DNA of 64,000 nt from Yuukianura sp. NJ FZ-2021 (Eukaryota). The position numbers and the translations under genes were made by a program. Positions within the stretch are counted from its first letter, which is position 1; each line of letters opens with the position of its first letter. The stretch covers positions 682,001 through 746,000 of the forward strand of contig CM102290.1 of the NCBI GenBank assembly GCA_046563655.1. The letters are read 5' to 3'. The notes under the pieces were generated by a model that saw only the letters and a list, made by a program, of their open reading frames with translations, ran no database searches and was not told the origin of the DNA. Positions 30,975-43,480 of the stretch are shown piece by piece.

Positions 30975-31407
30975 GAAATACCTAACTATTACTAAAATGA
31001 AGCGTTTAAAAACACAAAGTATATTCGTTTTTATCAAATAATAAAGTTCCAAATCGTTTTTGTTAAAAACTTTTACAACGTTGTAATAACTCGAAATAAT
31101 AACTCATACTACACATTTGTTTTACAAACAAGTCCAAATTAACTTTTTGATGTAGTACTACAAAAACATTTTTTTAAATCTAGATTCTGTATTTTAATTG
31201 TAAACATAACCTAAGTAATGGTTTAAAAAAACAGTTGCTGATTGCCTTTTGGTGCGCTTGCGCCCGAGGAAGGAACAACTAGCCCGTCTTTCATTTTTTT
31301 ACAGTTGAAGTAAGATATTATTTTCTAAACATGTTTTGTTTTAAAATATTTTTTAAATTTGAGGTCCAGCAACAAGAGACTTTTGAGATCACTTGAATGG
31401 CCCTTTA

Positions 31408-34400
31408 CTATTGTGCTTTAGCACGTCGGGCTCGATTTGCCTTAGCTTTGAGCCACATTTGATGAATTGTTTTGTAGCACAGGTCGGACATGTAGTTTGG
31501 AAAGAAGAATTGACCCCAACTGACCCCGAACAACTGCAACACAACGAAATTGGTGAGATACAAAATACATTTTTTAAAATTTCAAACAAAAATGAATGCT
31601 GACTTTCCATTTTTGTTTTAGAAGAACCGGTTACAGTAAGGATTAGCGACCGTCATTGTGCCCTCACAGTGTAGTTACTCCGGTAATCTTTGGTGGCATG
31701 TTGCCATTGGCAACACTAGGCAGTTCCACTTGAGTGGCACCTTGCCCAGGCACTTGAACCTAACTTAAAGTGGCTACATGTTGCCACACGGTGTTGCCAT
31801 CAAAGATTGTCGGAGTGGGTACACTGTGCGGGTACAATGCCGGTCGTTAAGCCTTACGCCAACTGAAAAAATACTTACCATGATCCTATGTGGCGGATAT
31901 GCTGCTGACCTAGTCTGAAGTCCAATTGTTTTGAGTGCCACTTTTGTGTATTCCGTAGCCGATGGAGCCGTATAAGAAGAAACGCGAATTCGACTCATCT
32001 TTGTGGCCACGTAGCCTGGAAGGACGCTTTGGACAATGATGCCCTTTTCAGCATACTCAGTCGCCAGGTCACGTGAGATCTTGTCCATGAAGGCCTGAAA
32101 AAATGTCACCAATTTCACCAAGTGTTAAATTTGTATGGCTTGATGTCAATTTCATGAAAACTTCTTGAAATTCAGCAATACGCTGCAAGGTTCCTTGACA
32201 GCCAAATGGTAATTCCTACAACAGGTTGCCCAATAATTCAGCGTTCCCAAAAAATTTACTTCAAACAATTTTTCCACCAATCTCATTTACATTATTACAT
32301 GCAAAAAATAACGATAGAAAGGCAGATTTGCTATTTTCAAACAAATTTTAAAATTTCCAGTTATTGGACAACCTGGAGTAAAAAAGTTCTGTTCTTTTTT
32401 TTTTTTTTTTTGTACGCTGTTTTCTTATTCCGTAATGCATTTTGCACATGAGTCAGTTTCCAAAAATTTCAAACTTTTTTGGAAAGTTTTAATGGACTTG
32501 TACCAACCATCAAGTACCTTAACCAAATTAACTTTTTAACAAGACGTTAAGACGTTGCAGAAGAGCTTCACAAGAAGGAAACAAGGTGACTCATAACTTC
32601 ACGTGAATGACAATGACGCAACTCCAATTGAATTGGCCTACTTATCATCCCTATTTTTTGGTACTACCATTTAATTAGTTAATTAACTAAAAACTCAATT
32701 ATTAATTACCTTTGTAGCACCGTAGAGGCACATGAGCGGTGTCGGGGCAACGGCAGCCAATGACGCCATGTTCACAACGACTCCCCGTCCACGCTCAGCC
32801 ATTTGAGCCATACAAATCCTCATCATCATAGTAACGGAGACGACGTTACAATTGATCATCTCTTGACATAACTTGTCACCGTTCGGCATGTCCAGAAAGT
32901 ACTCTGGATATGGATAAGCCATTCCTACGTTGTTAATTAAAATCCCAACCTCCAGTCCTTCAATCTCTGTCCGAATTTTGTCATAAATTTCTATTCCTTG
33001 AGTAAAGTCAATTGGAATAACTTTCGTCTTTACTTTGAATTCTTCCGCTGTAAAATTTCAAAAAAGTGAGTTTCAAATTCAAATTCCTTCAATCCATTAT
33101 TGTTTTAGTTAATTTGAAAAGGAGTTTCAAAATTTCAAAAATTACCAATTTCTTGAGCTACTCTGTTCAGATTATCCAGCGAGCGACTTATCAGAATCAC
33201 ATTTATGCCTAATCTGGCCAACTGTAAGTAAACAACGAAAATAACTTTAATTGTAGTTAATTAATTAATCAAGTAATCATTTTTGCTGTCCTTTTTTAGA
33301 TTACCTCTTCTGCATATGCTTTTCCAATTCCATCTGTAGCGCCAGTAATAACTGCAAAGAAAAAAAAAGCTTCGTTTTTAAAATTTTGGGATAAAATTCA
33401 TTTCAGAAGTTTTTCTTTTAAAGATCTGCGAATTTTTGGTTTGAAATTTTATAGATAATTTCGGACTTGGAAAGCTACTTAAATAAAAGGAGTTTTACGT
33501 ATAAGGCATTAATTGTTTAGCATCATCTTCTTTTGATTAGCGAATTTTACTATTCCGTTACTATTCCGTTTAACCTAACCTTATGTACTTTGTGTACTTT
33601 ATGGATGATCATTGAAATTCTTAACAAGACGTTTTAATCCTGTTGCGCATTGCGACAGAAGGAAGCAACAAGAATTTGCAAATCCTTAAGTTTTGCAATT
33701 GAAGACGCGGATTGCGGTATTCCTTTTCTGATGTATTAATGACTGGTGTGTTACGTGTAAATTGTTGCGTCTATTCATTTGAAGTTAGAAGGACAACCAG
33801 AGGGGAACTCAAAAGTACTTTCAAATACTCTTCACTCGCAAATTCCCATTTTTTCTGCTCATCATTGTGCGAAAAGGAAATTTTCAATGCCAACAAATGC
33901 TAATTAAGTTGTACTTAAATACGGAGATTTAGTAAAAGTTTTAAGCTGGAGTTAACTTAGAGTCATTATAATAATTTTTTGCATGTTCTGTACAGGAAGG
34001 AATTGACAAATTTAAAAAATGGTGTTAGGAAAAGGAATGGCGGAAATTGCCGCCAAAAATTTTGAGGAAAAAAAAATGTTACACAGCGTGTGACAATGAA
34101 GTTTGGAAAAGAATCAAGAATTTTCTGTCTATGTACTTGTCCCTTGATTTTGTCTCACATTTACAATTCAAATTAAAAAAAAAAGTTGTGTAAAAAATTG
34201 TGGCAATAGTTATAAGCTTCTTAAAATTAATTCTGTAGAAATCTCTGTTAAACCTTTGCAGTTTTTGGAAAATTACTTTTCCAAAAAGTTAAATTCAAGT
34301 TCAAAGACAAAAAATCATGACGGCTTTTAAGGTTTCAAAAGAATTTTAAAATTGAATGCTTTAATTGTCAAAATTTTCGATTGGACTTGGTTTATTTTTA

Positions 34401-34992
34401 TTTTTTTGTTTTACTAAAAATTGAATTTTGATAGTTAAAATTTGCTGAAACGCTTGAGAAATAGTTTGGAAATATTCAAAAAAAATTTAGAGTTTTTGAA
34501 TTTTAGGTTTTTCACAACTTTGAATTTTAGAATTTTTCTCTTCTTGTGATGCTATCCGAAGGTCATCTAAATTTTTTGATGGGTTTGGGCAAATATGATA
34601 CTGATACTGTGGGAAACAATTACACAATTTTTGCATTGTGAGAACGTAGGAAATAAACGATAGGCAAGAAATGAAAATTTTTTAAATTTCATTCGTCTTT
34701 CTTTTTAATCTGTTTGGCCTTTAAGACATTTTTTTTAGTTTTTGTTTTAAAGAAAAGCTGGTTTGGATAGTTTTTTTTGTGTTGAAATTTTCTCACCTGC
34801 CCACTGTCCCATTTTTTTGAGGTCAACATTATGACCCAGTGCTTGGCCCAACCATGTATTGTGAACGACCTTGACCAACTCCAGTCCAAAGTAGAAAACA
34901 ATGAACGTTGTAATGGCCAGTCCAGCCCACTCCAACGTATTGAGGTTAAGGAACGTAAACTCCTTGATCAGCGCTCCCCATGACAGAATCAT
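31408..34992 (-). CDS. Hsd17b12: Very-long-chain 3-oxoacyl-CoA reductase (KAR/Hsd17b12-type SDR), 332 aa; exons 34992-34797, 33351-33305, 33221-33146, 33047-32710, 32094-31879, 31533-31408
   Basis: N-terminal TM segment, WAVITGATDGIGKAYA, LINNVGM, YGATK catalytic motif, PGYVATKMS; 999 nt in frame. Confidence 0.9.
31629..31864. mobile_element. MITE family A copy 5, in last intron of the reductase gene
   Basis: About 65-bp inverted arms starting GTAAGGATTAGCGACCGTCATTGT and ending ACAATGCCGGTCGTTAAGCCTTAC. Confidence 0.82.
32186..32412. mobile_element. CAAGG-MITE (family C), right end decayed to poly-T
   Basis: CAAGGTTCCTTGACA...CCTACAACAGGTTG, closely similar to the 61130 copy; TACGCTG on both flanks. 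Confidence 0.8.
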
Positions 34993-35652
34993 TCTGATTG
35001 GTCCGCTTTACAACTACTCCGCACTACAACGTAAGGTCACTTCTACTTTTTCACAACAGTTTGGACCTTAACCAACTTTTCCCGTTGTACACTTCAATCC
35101 ACCTCTGTTAGTTCCAAACTAACTTTTGAGTTCCGTTTTCCAAGGTTCACACTTCCAGCCGAAACGAAGGCGGCAGATTTCGATTTCACTTTAACTTGTG
35201 TGGGTTTCTGGGCCCTTAGAATTCCTTTTCCCTGTTATTTTAAAAACGTTGTAACAAAATTTTGAGAAAGTGGAGCACACGAAGGCCCTTTTGCCTCGTT
35301 TCCTTTGCTTTTAAGAGAAAAGGGAAATGACAATAGATGGACGTGGACCAAAGGAGGCTACTGCACAGACCAGAATACTTGACAAATCTTGGGATGATGG
35401 AAGATGCTGTGCAGAATTGAGACACACTGGCTCTTAAAGTGGAGAGTCCACGGGGGATGATATGCATGAGGTATTTGAGAATGAGAGGGTTGAAGTGCCG
35501 GTGGCAGAATTCCATTTGATTTAACTTTTTCAAATTAACCACCCCCTATCCCCATAACCTTAACACTTCTACACGTTACTAGCCTAACAAAACCTAACGT
35601 CAACGGCACCTCCTCCTTCCTTTTGTACAGTCTTTCATCCCTGGTTGCACCA

Positions 35653-35836
35653 TTCCCGGACTCTGATGCACGGTCACTTATGGACGGTCATTAATGTACC
35701 GGCACTCTGATGGACGATCACTTTTATGGACGGTCGCTTGTCGAAAGGTCAAGTATTGACCACAATTCTTATGGACGGTACGGTCCGTTATGGACATTTG
35801 CGTCCATAATTGACCGTCCACAAGTGTCGGGTTACG
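35653..35836. repeat. Subrepeat-rich element (ATGGACGGTC units with inverted end), probable MITE remnant
   Basis: Several ATGGACGGT(C) units followed by inverted GACCGTCCA...GTGTCGG. Confidence 0.55.
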
Positions 35837-37829
35837 TTGTGGACTAAGAATAGGTATACTAAAGTAAGTGCTGTTAACAAAACCATTGTTCTCTCCGTTC
35901 TTATCTACTAAACAGGTGAAACACGCTCTTTCAAGTACGTTCTTTGAGTGCGTCCATAACGTTTAATTTTGATTTTGTGTATCGTCCTCTCCCCAGGTCG
36001 AGAGGTTCAGTCCAAACCTAAATTTAGTCGGGAATTCCAACTCTTTCAAACAAAAATTCTTTTCAATTTTGAAAAAGTTTGCGTCAATCAGGCAAAGAAA
36101 ACTTCTTTTGACTTTCACAAAAGTTTGCATCAAATGTTGCTGACGTGCGGCACTAAAATCGTGGAAGTCTATTTTATATAAGTTTGTCTTTAGAAATTTT
36201 TCACAAAAGAACTGGAAATCTTGGGATAAAAATTAAACAAAATTTGACAAAGTTTGTTTACTCAGAACGAATTAAAAAGAGAAGTAAATGAGCACAAAGG
36301 CTTTTTGTTTTACTTTCAAGGAGAAAAATGTACTAAAAATGTTTATAATACAAATGACTAAAGAATACTAACAAAAAGTACTAAAAGTTTTCAGAATTGC
36401 TTTCACGTGTATTCTTCTCAGGCTGATTATCATCCGATTACTTTTGGCCTTAAGAACAAAAAAAATGCTATCCTTAAAAAATTTTTTTAGACTTGGGAAA
36501 ATTTCTGTTTTTTTTTTTCATTCAAAACTTATATGTTAAAACTCTACAAAATTTAACAGTTGAGCTTTAACGCTTCGGTTAACAAAATGATTGCAGTTTA
36601 GCATGACTTATTATAACGTGGTAAAAGCGCTTACTTCGCAAAAAATTTCCCGTTTTGCACTTCTTCTGTCGCAGTTTCCAAAAGTACTAAACTATGAATC
36701 TAGTTTGCAAATTTTATTCATACGTTTTATGTTTACGGTTATGTTTTCACATTATATTTTTAGAACATCAAATTTCTCCAATCTGTCCAAACGACCTTCA
36801 TATCCATTTTGATACTTTATGCTCAACGTAGTCTTTTTTTGAAAACAGAAAAGATGCATCATCACACGACTGTTTTTGGTAGTTTGCACATGCGACGTGT
36901 GGTTTTGAGTGAAGGAAGGCCTGGGAGAAAGGTGCTTTCAGCATGCTTTCTCCAAATGACACGTCAGGGAGCCCCTTCGTCCAGGGACTGGATCAGCCAG
37001 CGCTTAGTCATCCACCGCCTCTGCTTCATCATACTCTTATTCATCACAGCACCAGCACACAGCACTTCCTTTTTACTAATTCTACCACTGGAAATATTGG
37101 CACTAACACTCACACTCACCATTATTCAATACAACTCACAGTTCAGTGCCAACTACTTTGCTCAACCACAAAAACAACCCGCAGTTTGCATACTTTTTAG
37201 TTGCAATTTGACATTTAGACAGTTTTAGTTCCAATTTGATTCTAAAGTAACTTCAGCTAATCGTGTTTCAAATTGTCCTATCAAAGTGTGCATGAAGTTA
37301 TGGAGTGAAAATAAAATTGGCCAAATTTGGTAAAATTTTAAGTTAACTTGCGGAGACAAGAAACCAATCAACAATTTCATCACGTAAGAATTTTTTCCAA
37401 ATTCCCTTAATTTTTTTATGTTTCATAGTTTTGAGTTTTGAGTAAAACAAAAAAGGTGAGTTTAGACTAATGTTAGGGCGGTGGATTTTGAACGACCACT
37501 TTTTCAGAATGTTTTTTAGAAATGTTATTTTTTTTTTAATTTTAATTTTGAATTTGCAGTTTGTTCTAAAAAGTCATTTAGGGAACAGAAACAAAGATAA
37601 TTGTGAAATGACTAATTTGAAATAATTGGAAATTACTAGGAGCATAATGAGGTTAATGAAATTGGGATTGAAGCTGTTTATGGCCATGTCTCACGGAACT
37701 GATCATGGCGCTTCGCACTACGTTAACATCGCTTCCAAACACGAAAACTTGGTTCCAACCGCCTCGAATCTTCTTCAACCGCTGAAACAGTAATCAGCAG
37801 TTTCAGGAGGAGACAAGTTCTAGCCCAAA

Positions 37830-39938
37830 ATGGCTCGTAAGAGGTACGAAACTGCATTTATTCCGTCGACAACTACACAACTACCGTCATCATCCCAGTA
37901 TCCAGATGTAGACTCCCTTCTGTTGTCAATTGACTGCATCACGCTTGGTCCCGGTGACATGGAACGTCGACGGCGTTCAAGTGGACGCCGCGGCGGTGCG
38001 ACTGGACACCACCGCTGGCGTTCTAGAAGCATGACACCGCAGGAACCGGCCACTACTGACTCTATTAGTCGCACTTCTACTAATACTACTGGACCATCCA
38101 TATCATCCGCCTCAGCAGCTGCTCCAGCGAACGCTCCAGCGATTCGTCATCCACGAGCTCCTTCAATCGACAGTGTCAGTTGGAGCAGCGACAAGGAACA
38201 GCAGGGTAGCACTCAAAATATACGTACTTACTTTCTCAATTCTTCATTGAAGACAATAGCCCCTCGGGATCAGTCTAGAAAACAGAGTCGAAATTTTGAA
38301 AATTTTGAAAAATTTGAAAATTTGGAAACAGTGGATTTTGATGGTGGCCAAAAGTCAAAGGTTACCAGTGCTCCACTGTCCCTGTCAGAACCTCTACGTC
38401 CAAAACACTTTCTACTCAAAAGTTACGTATCAATTCAGAGTAGCAGTGGGTGTAGTACTAACACTAGTTCACCAGTTCCAGCAGAACTTCAACTGAGACA
38501 CAAAGGTCACCAGAGGTCAATCATGTCCGGTTTAAAACCAAAACGAAGTGGTCAAGCTAACCTTGTCAAGGTCACCTCGACGAGTTCTCTGGAGTCAATT
38601 GACTCAGGACGAAGCGAAGATTCCAAAATATTGGACAAGCAAAGTCAAACTGTACAGCTTCCGCCAAATTCCAAACTTCTGTCACCCATTTCTGATAAAA
38701 GTCCAATTGAATCTACCACAATGACCTCGGCTGAAAAGGAGAGGTCAGAGGTCACGGAAGAGTTGCGTGGCGAGGTCAAATCTCTCTTGGCAACCGCTGA
38801 ACAACTAACAAACCTTCCATGGGAAATGCCCAAGTTGAAGCGGAAATTGGCTCTTCTAGTAGATTCAGGCATTTCCCTTGACACGGGTAGCAGTAGTCGA
38901 GAGGCAGAATGCTATTCATGGAGTGACCTCAAAGGTCACACAGGTCAATTCTGTGAAAATCCACAATTTGAGGGCCGTCGAACTACTCTTGGATTGGAAT
39001 TTCCGGCGAAAGATGAAAGTCAAGTGACAGCAACAACCCAAGGTTTGTAAATAGTTTTTTTTCTTTAACAGGTTAGGCAATAAGGCGTATTTATCTTTTC
39101 CTTTTCCAAATTTCAAAAATTAAAACCCATATCGGCAACTCTCGTTCCCCGCGATATTTTTCCTCTGCACTTTTTTTCTCTTCATTTCGAACGTTCCGGT
39201 TGCTCCAACCTTTTAAATTTTAGAACTTTAAATTTTTGCAAAAACTTTTAAATTTTTGAACAAAAAAAGTGATAAACAAGTTCTGGCGAAAAATGTTGGT
39301 AGAAATTTTTCCGGAAAAGCGACTTATTGCCTAACCTGTTAAAGGGAAACTATTTCGTTGCTATAGGAATCTTGGCAACAACCAATGAACTTATGGATCC
39401 ACTTCCGCTGACAGAAGCTCCACCTCCGCCGCCTCCTGAAGCCTCACAACCCGTGACCTTGTCCAAACCGGATAGATTTAAAATGAAGTTGGATTTTGGG
39501 GAGAGGTCACGTGCTGCAGAATGTGACCTGGTCAAGGTCAATGTTCATCTAGAAAAACAAGATTGGTTTCATGGAGCCATCACAAGGATTGAAGCTGAGG
39601 AAATCCTGAGACTTAGGAAAGCTGGGTCCTTTCTTGTGCGCAACTGTGAAAGTTCAGTTTTCAATCGCTACTCACTTAGTCTAAAGTAAGTTTTCAAAAA
39701 AAAAAATTCAAAATTCAAAATTTTTATATTCTTTTTAAAACTCTCCAGAAGCTCCCGCGGTTTCATCCATGTCCGAATCGAGTCAAAGTTAGACTCTGGC
39801 AAATTTTTGCTTGGCGCAGAAGCAGAAGAATTTGACTGCGTGCCATCTCTGGTGCTTCACTTCATGTCACATCGTTTGCCCATCAAGGGAGCTGAGCACG
39901 TCCTACTCAAGTACCCCGTCATAACGAATCTGCTTTAA
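37830..39938 (+). CDS. SH2-domain adaptor of the Shb/Shd/She/Shf type, about 573 aa; exons 37830-39042, 39367-39685, 39749-39938 (start uncertain)
   Basis: C-terminal SH2: LEKQDWFHGAITRIEAE...FLVRNCES...YSLSLKSSRGFIHVRI...LPIKGAEHVLLKYPV; Ser-rich disordered N-terminus; 1722 nt in frame. Confidence 0.88.
39039..39374. mobile_element. CAAGG-MITE (family C) forming the first coding intron (39043-39366) of the SH2 gene
   Basis: CAAGGTTTGT...CTTTAACAGGTTAGGCAATAAG / CTTATTGCCTAACCTGTTAAAG...GGAATCTTG; GCAACAACC repeated at 39030-39038 and 39375-39383. Confidence 0.88.
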
Positions 39939-39954
39939 CATCATGAATGGTAGG

Positions 39955-40193
39955 CAAGGTTCTAAGAAAAAAAATGTGTTTTTTTTCTACATTAGGTTGT
40001 CCACTAACTCGATGTTTTTCATTTAAAAAAAATTGAATTTTTTTTCTATGGTAGTAGTTATTTTTTATGTAAAGCAAATGGAATTGGAGGAAAATTGGGG
40101 GGGGGGGGGATTATTTGAAGCAAAATTTTTGTAAACCCCGAGTTATTGAACAACCTGTTGTAGGAAATACAATTGGGTTGTCAAGGAACCTTG
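39955..40193. mobile_element. CAAGG-MITE (family C) 16 bp after the SH2 stop codon
   Basis: CAAGGTTC...CAACCTGTTGTAGGAAATACAATTGGGTTGTCAAGGAACCTTG; close to the 46346 copy; TSD not recognisable. Confidence 0.8.
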
Positions 40194-41308
40194 TCAAGAT
40201 GTCAAGGTGCGTCGAAGCCAACTCCTAGACTAACCAAAACTTATTTAGTTAACTTTTGAATTTAGAAGCATATCTAATACTGCGCAATGGCAACTGGCCT
40301 TTTCACTGCAGTCAACTGTAAAAGCCTAAAAGGTGTATCAAAATACTCGTATACTAAAACGTTTGTCGTAATTTGCGACGCGTTAACTTTTAAAATATTC
40401 AGTCCAAATGGTTGTGTCCATGTCCAGAAAAATTAGAAACTTGAAAATTGTTTTCGAGATTAGAAAACGGAAATTAGAACTTTAAAAATTTATTTTTCAT
40501 AAAGAAAAACCTTCTTCCTTCAAAAAAAATAGGAAACGATGATGCTCGAGATTTTACGTAGTTTAAATTTTAGAACGTAAAAAAATCGTGTCAAACTTGT
40601 AAGCCAAAAAACCATTTCAAAAATCATGTACTAAACACATGGACTAATCGATTTAAAAATTGTGAAATTACTAAGAAAAAATAAAGAAATCGTTTTGATC
40701 GTTTGTTTTTCCAAAAGACAAAAAAAAGAATTTTCAACAATTATGTAAAATATTTATTTTCACGCCGTTTTTCCAAAAAAAAATCCATATTTTCCTTCAT
40801 TTTTTTTTGGCAAAACCTAAACCCAAATAATTAAACTAAAATAAAAATTACCTAACATTAAGCTACTAAAACTTTGTTTTCATATTTTAGAAAACAAAAC
40901 GAGAAAAATAAATTTCAATGAAGTTTCTCTTTTTTTTCGGAAATTACTATAAAGATTGGAGCTTAGCTGGGTAAGAAAAGCTAAAAATTTTGAAACAAGT
41001 TTTAAGAAAACTTGTAGTTTTTTACCAGCGTGTACAAGAATACTACTTTTCATAAAATTTGATTTTTGTTTACAAAAAGCACATTCTTCAGTACAAAAAG
41101 TACCATTTTTACATGTTTCCGCTTTACCACAATCCTCAACGTTCCTAAAAATATATCTAACACAATTTTAAATTTTAATTAGAACATTTAGGAAGTTTCA
41201 ACTTGATTTGTGGTCGTTTTTCACGCTTCTGCTGTTTGTTGGGGGTATTTAATTTAAGAAAGGTTAGGCTAACCGAGTTAACTTTTTTTAAATTTGAAAT
41301 TTGAAAAA

Positions 41309-43480
41309 CTATCGTTTCCAAGCCGGTTCTTGAGTTGGTGGTACTTCATCATTGACTCCATATTTGATTCCCTCGAGCAGCCCTGTGCCGAATCCCTTCG
41401 TCCCTTCCACAATTCCAGCAAAGAGGTTTCCTTTTGTCTTGGCAGCTTGAACTATTCCAGAGCTGAGGATTTCTTTGGTTCCAGAAACCCAGTCAACTGC
41501 TGTTCCCACCGTCGTTGCCACCCGACCACTAACGTCTCCGAGAATGTCAAAAGCAAACGGAAGAGTTCCCGAGAGACTCGTCTTTGCTGCTGCTAAAGAC
41601 GCTACTAAATTGGAGGTGACATGCAGAAGACCACCAGCAACGTCGCCAAATGTCTCCAGGAGACGCTTCAGGACTAGAGCTCCAGATCTAACGGCCTGTA
41701 ACACAAAAGAATCCGTGTAAATTACACCAACCATAACATCAAAGGGACTAGGCAGACAAAAGAACAAAAACTGAAAAGCATGAGAACAAAAGTATCATAT
41801 TTTTTGGAAAAAAAAAACTTTGTCGAAATAAGGCAATTAGCAACAAATTACAACTATAAATATTTCGTAACTTGAGAAATTAAGTTTTGCAAACAACTTT
41901 TTTCCAGTTTTCCAAGCTGATATTAATCAAAGATGAAACTTTTTGTTTGGAAAAACTTTTTCTTTTTTGAAAATGTTGTGAAACCCTTCTTATGAAAAAC
42001 TTATTAAAAACTTGTAGTGTTCGTTTTACCTTGATTAAAAACATTTTTTTTAAATTGAACTTACGATAGGAACACTTTTTGCAGCTTGTTGCGTGACTCC
42101 AGCGGCAGCGTCTGTCGTTTGTGCAAACGTATCTGCTGCCCCTACGATTAGTGGTTTGAGGAGTGACAGAGCCAAGTTCGGAAGTCCCAGAATGAGCCGA
42201 ATGACTTGTCCAAAGACGTTTCCCGTCGTCCCACCAACACTTTTGAGGTTACTGGCGATGATGTCTCCTGGTCCAAGAGCATTGGGGCCATAAGGAGGTT
42301 CACGGTAGATGGCAGGATTTGGAAGATTCGAGTACTCTATGCCCTTGACTCCAACGGCACTCAGTTGGTCCTTCTGACATGGACAGTTCATGATTTTGTC
42401 CAGCATGGCATTCCCTGTCATGTACTGTCGAGCAATTCTAGAGGAGCTGGAGGCTACAGCGGAAGATTCAGAAGAGGCGGCCGTTATCGGTGACGACGCG
42501 GTAGTTTTAACGTTGGAAGTTTTAGATGTGGCTGGAGTTGATGCAAAGTCACCAAGATTTAAAGATCGCAAAACGTCAGACATCTCTTGGTCCTAAAACA
42601 TCGAAAAAATGTCAGAGAAAGTGGAACTGAAACGTTTTGAAAAGCCCGGAAATTTTGAATTAGTGCGCCAAAAATGTTTTTTTTTGTACATGTATACATC
42701 ATACACCACAAAAGTAATAAGTTGAATACAAAAGAATTTTTTGAAACAGAAGAAAAAACGAATGTTGGTCAAATCAAAAGTTCAACAAATTTTTTTAAAA
42801 ATGGTCACAAAGTCTCCATCACCGTTGTTGGTCTTTGAGTAGGAAAAAATTGAGTAGGAAAGATGTCTATTTAACAAATGTCACAAAATGGTCTTCAACA
42901 TAAGTTTAGTGTCCATTTGATTTCCAACGCATGCGTACACAGCGTTTGTCAATGTCGGCCTGATTCATACGCAATCTTCAGTTTTTGCAAGTCACGTTGT
43001 TGACTTTTAGTAGTCAGCGTTTCAGCGTTCCAGCATTTGCAATGGGCTCCACGTATGGTCCACACAGTGTCGTGGTGTAACATAGTAAAATTAGGAAATA
43101 GTAAAACTACAATACGGTAAATGTATGCAGTAAAAGTCAACGTGCACAATTTGGTTTTGGTTTCAATACTTACGAAAGTTTGAACGCGTTTTTTTAAATT
43201 TTTGTCAAAAACTTACGATCCTGGATTGCGCTACTTTGTTGTCAACATTTGGTTTGACGGATGAACTGGATTCAGTTTTGGCTGCTTTTGTTGTTGTCGT
43301 TGATGAAGTCGATACTGTTGGATTTGCTCTGGGCAGTCTCGGTGAAGATTCTGAATTTTGAGAAATATCATTTTCAATTTTGGGAATAACAGCAGAAGAG
43401 TCTTCTAATGGCACAGGAACGGTTTGAACAGACAGGATTAAAAAAACGACAAAGAATGAAATTGGCTTCAAGGACTGCAT
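41309..43480 (-). CDS. Secreted orphan protein, 392 aa; exons 43480-43217, 42592-42065, 41695-41309
   Basis: Signal-peptide-like MQSLKPISFFVVFLILSVQT; three phase-0 exons with GTAAGT donors; Ser/Thr-rich N-half and Gly/Ala/Leu-rich C-half. Confidence 0.78.
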
